A DNA stretch of 64,000 nucleotides, from contig NC_134026.1 in NCBI RefSeq assembly GCF_964204645.1, positions 18,882,150 to 18,946,149 of the forward strand. Reading direction: 5' to 3'. Shown piece by piece: positions 39,801 through 51,800 of this stretch. Numbering within the stretch: the stretch's first letter is position 1; every line of letters starts with the position of its first letter. Made by a program: the position numbers and the translations under genes. Under the pieces are notes generated by a model, which saw nothing but the letters and a program-made list of their open reading frames with translations, had not been told where the DNA came from and did no database searches. This DNA comes from Tubulanus polymorphus (Eukaryota > Animalia > Nemertea).

Positions 39801-42800
39801 TTCGATGTGATAGTTTTTCAAAATCTTTCATCGTCTGTCTGTATTTTAAGTCGTTGGAATTCTGGAGCTTGTCTTCAAGCGCTGAACTGGAGCTTTATAG
39901 CTGTCAATGAAGCTTTGAAGAATGGAGATATGTCTGACGGTGTCGAATTTAAAAGAATGGTTAGTTCATACGAAAACAAGACTAGTCAGTTGCAATAGTC
40001 TAAATATATAGTCATTTCAAGTTGAACTAAATTATGAATTTTTTAATGGCATTGATGAAGTCCAAGGCCAAAATTTTTTTTTCAATCGACTTGGTCACCG
40101 GCATTGTTCCAGATGAGATAACGATTTTATCGTGTTCAGTTATTCTAATTCCTTTAAAAAGAAATTTCAGTTACTAAGTACCACAAGAAATCTTTGAAAG
40201 ATGAAATACTTGCCAATAGGTTTCTTCACTGTTTCCGGGATTCGGATTCATTCACTCATACTAAAATGGAATTATTGTCCCTGAACAAGATTGGTCTAAT
40301 GCGAGCTGATCCTTGTTGCTTAGAAACAGTTTTAAGATAAAAGTTAAGTAGCATAACATATTGAAAAAGATATTCGCTGACCCTATATCTATGGAGTGTG
40401 TTCAATTTTAGGTCGAGGCCCAGTGTCTTCTGGTTCTCGGTTCTATGGCATTCAATTGCAGTCCTATTAACAATACAGCCTATCGAAAGATGTTTGCCAT
40501 TTGGCGTGAGGTAAGTTTTTTGCTGTGAGAAATTTCTTTTTCTTTTTAGATAAGCGAAGATAGAAACTTCTTTTGTCGAATCTGAAAATTAAGAAATTAC
40601 CGTAAGAAAATAATTTTTCATGTTCACTCTTTCAGCGTAAAAATTCATTGGCTCACTACCACAGTTTTCTGCTCAGTTCTGAACCAAATATTTCATATTT
40701 GCCCATGTGTTATTGCATCATGAAATATCTCAATCTGGTCAAAGATAGTGAATCGATTAGTAAATACAAGGTGCGTACATAAAAAAAAACATATTTGGTT
40801 TATCATCATAATGCAGCCCACTTATCAAAATGTTTCGTCTTATTAATCAAAGCCAACTTACGTGGAGATATTTACGAGGACGGTGCTAGGAGCGAAGTCG
40901 AAACCGCAGAATCATATTCTTGTAAGTTATGGATTATCTTTCGTCCGCTTGCATAAATCAGTATTCCGGCAATCTAGGACCTGGTGGCAGTTCGCTAGAA
41001 TGCATGTGTATTTAATCTTCTCGACTCTAGTTTGAATCTAGAGTAAAAACTTTTGAAATGAACTGTTGACTTAAAACTCGAGGACTTCATTGAGAACTGT
41101 GGAACTAGATCCTGAACGTATCTAATCTTTTCCATTTCAACCAGAATTTCAGAAGTTGTTTTTGTGTTGAGGCTCATATCATTAAGATGTGCAGTTTCTT
41201 GAAAACTTTATTTTTCTAACAAAGTCAGAATTTGTCTTGATTTTAAATCTTCCAGTCCTGAACAGGCTTAAATATATTTCGATTTTGAGAGCCTAAAAAA
41301 CCCAGTCCAGTCTCAATTGTCATTTAATGTTCATACATGTATTAGAAATTTAGTGATGAGAATTTTGATCATGAAATAAGTCAAGCAACTTTCTTTGGGA
41401 TGTATAAATGTTCATTATACACTGAATTCATTGCTCACTTTTTAGGCAAATTGTAAGCATCTTCTACGCCATTTAAACCACGATGATTTCAAAAAGATAA
41501 TTCTACCAGCTGTGCAGAAAGCTATGCTGCGAAACCCAGAAATTGTTGTCGAAAGTAAGTTCACAAGACAAAATTTAATCGTTTCTATCAAGAAAGGGTT
41601 CCTAAGGGTTTCGAAATGTCTTTGAATGTTTTGGAAAATCATATAGAATCAGATGGAAATTTTGTTTTTTTCTCTACGGCTATGGAAAATCGGAAAATGC
41701 TCTCACAATAAAATTTTCCTTCTATTCGGAATTTTAGGCTATATGCCTAAATGTCTTGCTACACATTAGATAACAAGCTTTATTTTTTGTCCTGTGCAGT
41801 TAGCTCAGTTGGTTGAGTGGAGGATTGGGAACCTAGAGGTTCCTAGTTCGAAACCACCTCTGGCGTTGGCTTTCGAGATATATACATGGACTAAGCTCTG
41901 CTAACTTAGTCAGGTCGTGAGCTATAACAACGCCTCTAAATGAAAACACCTTTGCACTTGGAGTGGGCCTACATTGTCTGTTCTAGGTGATACATAACTT
42001 AGGGGTTCGTTAGGATCAATCTAGTCATAGATCAATCTATCTCTAATCCTTCTCTATTCGATAGACGACTTGGTTTGCAAGTTAATTTAGACAATGATTC
42101 AATTGAAGAAGAAACCCACAATTATCAAGAAAAAATTGTAGAGCATAGTCGTTTCAACTCGATTCTATGAGCCAACTTGTTAAAATCACCGCCTTGAAAA
42201 TGGTTCCTGGAATTGACTTACGACATCAATGCCCTTTTTTTCTTCATGATCGTGGCTCAATGCAGTAGGCTCTTAATTTTACCTCTGATTTTCAGGTTTA
42301 CAGTCGTTGATATCTTCAGTGTCGATAGATTTAAGCCAGTATTCGTTAGAAATAGGGAAGAATCTTGCGAGTAAGTTGATGTTTTCGTATTTTCTCGGTA
42401 CACATTCAGCGTGGAAGCAAGTGAACAAACCAGGGGTATAGAAAATCTGTGCTCAGTAATCTTAGGCGAAATAAAGTTTCATATCTTTTCCTTTATTTCT
42501 TTAACCCTTTCAGTGCGTCTACACCGCAGTGTGGTGTATAAATCGGTGATGGATTTTGTTGTAATTAGTTTTTAGCCCACTTGGGACTTAAGTCCAGTGG
42601 GCTATTGTGTTCATTTTTCGTCCGTCCTCCGTTCGTCCATCCGCAAACGGAATCCAGTTATTTTAGGACATTTTGAAGACGCTTCAATGTAATGTCCTGA
42701 TATTTGGGTTACACATGTATCTACCCTAGACACATCTTCAGCCCAGTAACTGGCCCCGTCAGAATCAAGATGGCCGACTGGTGGCCATTGTTGTTTGCCA

Positions 42801-45800
42801 AAATCACTTTTTACACGTCTTTGAACTTTTTAAGGGAAATTTTGAAGACGCTTTGATCAATTACCTTGATCTTTCTTATATATTTGAATCCCCCCAGGAC
42901 CCATTAGCACAACAAAAATTAGGTCGTTTGGACTCAAGATGGCTGTCCTATGACCTTTTTACTGCCCAAAAATGTCAATTTTGGCCCAAATTCTGAGTCC
43001 TGTAGCTTCCTATTGGTTTACCATTTCTCATTGCAATTGCTGATGGGTATTCTTTGGAAAGGGATGTTTTATACCGGAGACAGGTATTTTTAATCAGCTA
43101 ATTATGATGCAATTGGCGGCTATCTTGGTGTTATCAGTACTCATTCGTAGGTGAGAAAAAGTTTTTCGACATTATATTGATACCTAAGCATATTTTGTTA
43201 CCACTATGGACTAGAAAGTTGTAGCTTATAACGTGTTCTATGATTGTGGTGAGTTTCAAGGTCATTGGTTTTTGTATATGGTCACCAGGGGGCATTGAAT
43301 ATTGAAATTGTTAGATTGTTGAGCATTTGAAACCACTTCCCAAGTGGACATGGTGTCCCTGGACCCCTAGTTATCTCTATTGAAAGGTGGCGGCTCCTGT
43401 CAAAAATGTTGAAATATTAGTAACTAACGATACACTGCACTGCGATGTAGACGCACCATAGTGGTATTCCGGTTATTCAACACACTAGGGTGTGATTTTT
43501 CAAACTGAAAGGGTTAAAATGTACTTACTATGACCAAAAACACTTCTCTCTAACAGGATGGATAGATTTATCCATTTAATTAGTATGAGTTATGAAAACA
43601 TTATTGCACGGGTGCACATAGTAATATGTGATGATGGAAATTTATTCCCAAGATCCTGCACTGTTTATAGGGTTTTGCCAGTGATTCCTAGCTTTGGGTC
43701 ATATCGTCCATTTCTTTAAAATGTATGATGACCAGAGTTAATGTATCTAGTGCCGTGTTGAAAAATTGACCATTAAAGAACGAGTCAGTTTGTAGTACAG
43801 GTGATATACCGTATTATCGTGGTGTGATATTTGGATTTCGAGACCTCTTTTCTTTCAATAATTCATTTGAATGGAACATCAGTCCCTTGTTTATTCAATA
43901 TCATCATAAATTATTAAAAAAGACCATGCAGCAAATGACTCTGCACTGGTTACTCTAATATATGAAACCGAAACCTGTCAAAATTCTTGGTCAACTATTG
44001 CGCGAAATCGATTATATCACGATTGTATGCCGCAGTTGAATGAAAATGTCTATTTTTAGCTCAAGTGCATGCGAAGGACGAAGGAGTATGTAGTGAAGCA
44101 ATGATTGCTACCAAGTGTTTGGCTGAACAGTGCAGTGATCCGGGCGCTATTGAGAATCTGGTGTCACATTATTTTGCCGTTTTGAATGGTAAGTTGAGAA
44201 ATTTTTCAGTCAAATCTATTTGGTCAATGCTCTCAAATAATTTGTACCAGTAATTGCAATGCAAATTTTAAATATTTTTTAACGTGTTGTTATATTGTAG
44301 GAGCTGATGGCAAGCTAACGTTGACTGCCCATCGACAGAACATGGTAACAGCAATTGGCAATTTGAGTTACAATGCTGTTACATCGCAGGGCATACAAAC
44401 GCTTAGTGTTGCAGTGGCTGAAATGTTCATTCCTTATCTAAAATTGGAAGGTTCGCTTTTCTTAGTTTCTGTATATTAATCACATTAATTACCATCTGAG
44501 ATGAACAGTTCTATTAATAATAATAATAATTATTTATTTTTTAAAGCGCATTTCTATAAAACATTATCATTGCACTTTACATTATAAGAAGATAAGACAC
44601 TAGTAGATTAAAACATTAATTGTGCAGTTTCCTAAAGTAGAAGGTCTTTAGACATGACTTAAAAACATGAGAAAGTTGGACTTTCTCGAATTTCCTTTGG
44701 TAGTACATTACATGAAATTGGTGTCATGAAAGTAAATGCATTACGGCCAGCAACAGTAATTAGGTTTAACTAAAATTGTACCATCATTGCCAGATCTAAG
44801 TGGTTGCCTATGAACATACTGAGTTAACAGCTTTGCAAATATGCAAATACACTGGAGCAATTCCAGTTCTGGGCGTTATTTGAAGACAGTGACTCTTAGT
44901 TCGCTGGTCACTTTTTAGTAATAGCTTGTTATTGCAATAGTTTTGCACTGGAATAAAATGCTATTGGCAAAATCATACAAAGCTGCCATTTACATTTCGT
45001 TAGAAAATTTACTCTTAGTCGATAATCTCAATTAATGTGCTGCGAGCATCAAGTAGTTACCCTACCATACTTCAGTCGAGAAATGATCTAGATACTTTTC
45101 ACGGGCTTGCTTGCAAGGCAATTATTGCTACGACCAGCTTGACTTAAGCTTGGAAACACAGTCTTCATAGGTTGCCCATAGTTTCACAGATTTTATGCGG
45201 TTGTATTATGCGGTCCCATTCATTTCAAATTCTAAACAGGGCTCTTGTTCAGTTCCAAGTTGTGTAATGCTCTATTTCCAATCACGGTAGAAAGAGTATT
45301 GGTCTTTGGAAATTTCTGAATGTTCAGACCTTGTTATCAGAATTGATTTATGATGTATGACTCGTTGCACTTCAGTTCATGAAGGTACGCTTGTTCATTG
45401 CTTGTCGATGCTGTCTTTATGGTGTGCAAAGTTCTCAACATCAGTTCCTCCGAAACTCATAGAATGGCTAAAGGTCAGTATATTTTTCGCAGTAGGCCTA
45501 AATAAAGAAAATTGTTCTGGTAGTCAAATATCACAAAATCTTAATAAGGTTTCTGGCCCAGATAGTTGAACGTATCAACCGGCATTTGAATGCCAACTAG
45601 TAACAATTAATTGACAAGTAACAATAGTATTAAGGTTCATTGAACATGTTTTTCTGATGATTTTGCTGTTATTGTAGGACTAGTCACTTACATGTATTGA
45701 AAAATAATTGTGTTGTATCGTTTTTATTTGCAGACTGGTATTGGTTTGAAAGTATCAACATCGGCTGTTAGAAATGCTTATCTTCAATGCATGAATTCCG

Positions 45801-48800
45801 CATTCCATGGTATATGTCCTTTTCATCTACATTTAACCCTTTTAAGTGCCGGAAGGTTTGTCGAAAGTGGGTCTCGGATTGCTGTGGGGACCATTGTTTT
45901 CCAATGATTTTACAAGATATTTTCCATAAGGCGTAAACAAGTCATATAATTCATATAACATGTCCTACTACTATTATCACAAAAAGTTATGGTAACTGCT
46001 TGAATAAGTGTCTTGAAAAGTTGGGTTCTATGCTAGGCTACCATAGAAATGCACCCTGTACCCCGATCTCATTTTTGAGTATTGACAACTACTGTCGAGA
46101 TCATGGAAACGTACAAGCCTATTGCAGGGATGAGAATTCCCCGCGGTTACCCGCGGATTTTGGTATTGAAAAATATCAATTTTCCAAATAGTCCGAAATG
46201 ATGTAAAAGTATGTGGGGGTGATGATCTCATTCAATTGGTCTGGCGCGATCGGTAATCAGGTGAACTGTAATCAACCGTAAAAGCGTTCAGTGCCTGTTT
46301 ACTTATCGTCGCGTAAAAGTATATTCATTGCAACACTGATTTTGTATCTACATTTGTACTACGATGAGTGTGTATGTATTTTATTGATCGGTTGCAGACA
46401 CAGGCAACAATAGTAATGTACATAGGCCTACTTACTGTTGCTGCACGCCTGGCGAACGCCTTCAGATATTATACACTACTGGGTGATGATTTTTAGTGAG
46501 CATTTTTAACTGCAATAATTCAGGGCTTGACCCGTAATGCATGAGATACGAAATGTCATCGAATGAGGATGTACCACATTGGAACAAGCCATTACCTTCC
46601 AAAATATAATAGTCGTTCATGGGTTCAGGATCGCTCTAAGTGCTCGGAAAAAGCTTTTAATTTCTAGAATTTTCTCAACAAAAACAAACCGCATATTTTA
46701 TAGGTCGACGTTCTCATCTCTGCTATTGATAACACCTCATTTACACAAGTTTGACGGAAAGCTTTGTCATTTTCTTGCTGAAATGTCATTTTATGATTCG
46801 ACCATGTCCCAGCAACCTAGTTTACCTTCGCAAATTTGACCCACAATCATAACGGACTAGTAGAGTCCCGGAAAGTGTCACAATACTCTGCTCGCTACTG
46901 ATGCTAAGACGTTGAAATAACATCAAAATGATCGACTGGAATTTATGGGATATATATGATTGATGGCAAATTTTGAATGTGTTTCGCGTTTAGCAAGTCA
47001 ACATTCATTTTGCAGGGGACACGCTACAACAAGCTGCCGAAGTATTACCGATCCTTATCCAGACCGTTGAGAAAGCGTGCAACCAATCTTCACAGATACA
47101 ACTTGTAAGCGAGGCCATCAGCGCAAGCTATTTGATAATTCGACTATCGTTGGTGGATGTACAAGCAGGTTTGTTTCCCAAAATATTAGAAATCCTCTGA
47201 AGGCACTGAAGCATACAGAGTATAATGATAAAGGTTATATATAATAGGTTAACTATGATAATAGACAAGTTTGAGCAATACAACAATTTATTATATACAC
47301 TTACTACAAATACCTGAATGATTATACAATGGTAATAAACGAATCTATAAAAGCAAAACAAGTTATTATATAGTATATACACTTTAGACTGGTGTACTTA
47401 AATGATTATATACTATCAAAGCCTTCAGTGATGAATTTTCCAATGACTTTTTGTGGACGTATGTTTTGCGAGATTTATCAAATGTCTTATAGTAATACGT
47501 TATGTCTTAATGGTAGATAATGCATATTAAGTAAAATGAACAGAAATATGTACTGATAGAGGTTGTGCAGCCCTTTGCTGTTTAGCTCATTTGGGCCAGG
47601 GCAACCATTGTTAGCGTGATACAGCTTGCATTTCTTATCCATGAAACTAGGGTGTGAGGATTGGGGGCTGGTGAAATATCCGCTGCTATTGACAATGGAT
47701 GTCATCGTACATAAAGTATGACTATCGGGGTGGCCATCATTCTTAACCATTATTGTGACTCGATGAAGTGAAATCGCACTGTGAAGTCGAGTCGTAGTTG
47801 CCCTATTTGGAAGAAACTTTTCTGTAGTAGGCCTATAAGAGGTCGTATTGATTAGACGAATCTTTGTAGCGCTAATTCTGCAATTTTCAATATAACTAAG
47901 TATTATTCAGCAAAAAATCATGTTTCTTTCAGAATCTAAACTGACGTCATTCTGGAATATTCTTTTTAACAAACGGATATTCCTGAACAACAAGTTTCTC
48001 ATCGCTGCCAGTAATGATGGTAAGTACATGTATATCATAAAGTTGCAATGATTACTTGACACTCATACACACATAGTTGCACATACGTACTTATCTAATT
48101 CTCTATTCGATGTTTACAGCTTTGATAATACTGGCATCGATTGTTGAAAGACTGATCATGGACTTCCCTCAGAAAATGAACGAAACTTCATCTGGGTACG
48201 TAGATCCTAGTTGACCCCTTTTTAATCTGTCCCTCGGTCTTTAAACCTGGTCCTTATATTACAACCAATTGAGCATACCCGGTAATGATGGTCCTGTCAA
48301 CCATCGTTATCGAGTGTGCTCAGTACCACAACAATAAAACTTTGCTGGATATTCATTTCGTTTAGGGCCCTACTATTTATCATTATCAGCTCGACAAAAG
48401 ATTTGCAAGTGACAGCATAGCGTCTGATGGAGACACCATAACATCCTGAAACTTGCTCAGGTTTCGTGCAACATTTGTTCTTTTATGTCGTTCAAATTTT
48501 GGCAATATTGCCTGGCTAAATTCCAAAATTGTGTGGTTTTTGCAAGATTTGTTATGAGTTTTGTAGATTTTGGAAATTAATTGCGATAGAGAAAATATTC
48601 CTGCCATTATCCCGCTCATGATTGCATAGTGTTGTCATACAACATGATTGGTCCTGATCGTGATCTGAACAAATATGGTTAATTTAGATTAATTTTTGAC
48701 ACTTTTTGCTCATTTCAGACCATTCTATGCTACAATGCTTCATTGCCTTATTCATCCAGCGTTCAAAGTTCGGCAGCATGCCCAAATGTGTCTGAAGAAA

Positions 48801-51800
48801 GTATTGTCGATTCTTGGTGGAGCTAAAATCTCACTTGCACTTTTGAAACAGTACAAAGTTACACTTGATGCTGAAGAGGTAAGGAGATCATAATTTGCAT
48901 AGATTTTGATCATCTTCGGGCGCACTGATCGGTCCGAAAATCTAATCCATGACTGGCCCCTAGTTTTACCTAAGTGTAACATCTAATATAGGTCAATTCT
49001 TTATGGGTTTGTATCTTCCGCTGAGAATCTGTGGTAACTATTTTCAAGTTGAATTATCTAGCAACTAGATCAATTCAATAAATGAATGTAGAATGATTAA
49101 AATTGAACTCGTTTTGCTGTCACAGTGTTCTAGCTTAAAGATATGGATCTTTGCCAAGTTTGCCACCATTTTCATACCGTATTTGAAGTACCGGTATGCT
49201 GTTAATTAGTTAATACTGGCTTGTTGTTAGCCTAAGCTGTGTGATTCATGGGCAAATATTTACAGAAAATTTTATTCCAGGAATCTGCGAGAAGCATTGT
49301 GCCATCTTCATCAGTTGAGATCAGTTCTGGAGAAGGGCTTGTAGAGAAACCAAGAAATGCCCGCTTGTTTGCTGACGCTATGGTCCAAATCAGCAATGTG
49401 AAGGATCCCGAAATGAGAGACGCCAAAGATTTGGGCATTGCAACATTGATTTTGTCCCACCATGAATTGATAGGTAATGATTTTCTTGGTTCGCTTGTCA
49501 ATCATGCTGGGGTTGAATCATCTTCCCTCGGCAAGGATTCGAATCTGATTGCATTGCTACACTCACCCACAGCACGAACCAAGTGCGCAGGTACATGTGT
49601 ATGTGTATTTTTTTTCAGTTCAAACGAATATCGATTGCTGGACTGAGATAATGGCCTCGTTGAAGTTGGATGCTGGTGCTTTTATTCGTGCTAAAAAGGA
49701 TGAGATTCTGCAGCTTATCACCGAAATCAAACCAGTTACCAAGGTAACTACAGTTGATCTGCGGTTAACTTCTACCGTATATACAGAACATTCATTTACG
49801 ACCAACTTGCGAATAGATCTACGTATAATTTTACAAATATCCTAAGTGTGGACGATAAAATGGGGCCTCAACTTGTTTCTTCTGCAAATAGTTGATGGTT
49901 GGATGTAATCTTTGTTGAATTTTTATTTTCAGTCGGTTGAAAATACGTTGAAAACGTTGTGCAGAATTGAACCGAATTCGATACTGCCGGGAATAGTTCA
50001 ACACGTGCAGCCGGTGCTTCGCAGTACATCTTCAGTGAACGTTCGCGTCGAAGAATATGAAATCATGAAGACACCAGATGGTGTGCTGTACAATACGTCT
50101 GTCATAAATAGGTATCTATACTATGAATATATCTATACTATAATCTATACTATGAATAGCGGTAGCAGTCCAATTTATCTCATGTATCTTTGTAATTTAC
50201 TCTATGTATCTTTGTGATTTTCGCGTGCTGATAGCTATATCTGCTTCAACTGGTGCAACGGTTATTTCATAAGACCAGAACAATTATGTGGCTGCAATAA
50301 ACCTGAAAACATTTCAGGCATCAGCAGCAATATTGTGTACAAAACCCTGCCACACTAGCCCGAGTGTGCAGCTACATGCGCAGCTTAGAGAGGATGTCAA
50401 TATCAGCCAATCAGATATTCTGTCTAACATATTTTAGCCTGGTTTTCCAATTTATTGTTTTTCCGCGGAATTTGCCTCAGTAATTGTACAATGAGTTATC
50501 TGATTGTGAGTTTTCCTGTGGCAAACCCTTTTAGTTTTGACTTATGGTCTCCACGGTTTTTTGGCTAGTGTGTATATGATATTGAATACTCTATGAATAG
50601 TCTATGGTTAACTGTATTTTGTGGCCAATAAGCTGAGGGCTGTTTTTGGATAAGCCTAAAATACATGCATTTTAGTTGAGCCCTATGAGCCAAATATCTA
50701 ACGTAGCGAATGGGTTAATCAACTAACACTTGTTAACAATCTAACTTCAATTGAAGTAGATTCCTGGGACTACCGTTGATACAAAAGGGCATTTGCACTT
50801 AAGGCAATTCATTAAACTGTTTGTATCTAATTTTTCAGTGTCACTCAAGAAGTTGATGATAAAAATGTAAAGAGAGAAAGCAAACTCTATTCGTATGAAG
50901 ACCAATTGGCTGATCTGGAATATAAAAAGGTTATTAACCACTTGACACATTGAGTGCCTGCTATGAATTAACTCGTTCTTCTGGTTCTGTCACCGGTGCC
51001 GTCTACGAATATATTCGTAAAGATTCCTCATATTTACAATAATATATTAAACACTCTGGCTCACAGGAATGACATAGTTCCCGGTTGGCTGGCAATATGA
51101 ACAAACTCTGCTTCATTCTCTGTGCTCCTTGGTCAGTTCCGAGCAAAAGCTGACTATGTAACTGCACAAGTAAAACTGTGTGTGAATGTTGAATCAAACT
51201 ATGTCTAGCAGGTGATTGTGGGTATCCCGCAATGAAAGTGTACCATGCCATATGATGAACTTAAATTATGCAATGGAAAGACATGGATAATGATGTCATA
51301 GGGCGTGTTGATAATACACACTCAACCGAAGTCAACCAAAGTTTACCAATATCAGTTTTTTTTTCACAAAAAGGGAAAAGTAGTTCTTACTGCTCAAACT
51401 GATCTTTGACTAAAGTGAATCATGACGTTAACGATTATGCACGAGTTGGTAATTGTATTTCATAGGAGATGGAGCGAAAAAAGAAAGGAAACAAAGGCGA
51501 AGTGAAGCTTACTAAGAAACAGGAGGAATTAAAACAAGAGCAACTCAAAAAGGAAAAAGAGATCAGAGATCGGTTGAAAAGTGTACGTATGAAAAGATGA
51601 TTTGATCTGTAAAACTTTTTGTGGTACATGTACATGCACTATGTAGTTTTGTTCCATCCACCCACCCTTAACTGTTGGCAGAGAAAGGGTTAAGCGGTTG
51701 GTTGCGGAAATAAAGTAATGATATTCATCCTTTTCGTGAATGTCGTGAAGCAATATCTTTTTATTTTTACTTTACAGTGCGATATGAAATTATCCGATGT

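Noticed and set aside
41796-41870. Possible tRNA gene
   Set aside because: A and B boxes are present, but acceptor and anticodon stems do not form and no oligo-T terminator follows; it is better explained as a SINE head.
47756-47794. SECIS-like ATGA...AAA...GA hairpin
   Set aside because: The upper helix is only 4 bp (SECIS needs ~11-12) and it is intronic, not in a 3'UTR.
48276-48292. Resemblance of CCGGTAATGATGG to the 3' part of miR-200/miR-8 family
   Set aside because: The seed (AAUACUG) is absent and the sequence is on the 5' arm, so no family assignment was made.
48410-48475. CTGATGG...GAAAC hammerhead-like motif
   Set aside because: The core deviates (CUGAUGG) and stem I does not pair; too degenerate to call.
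50345-50432. Two hairpins followed by ACA in GCN1 intron 20 (H/ACA-like)
   Set aside because: No ANANNA hinge and no clear pseudouridylation pockets.
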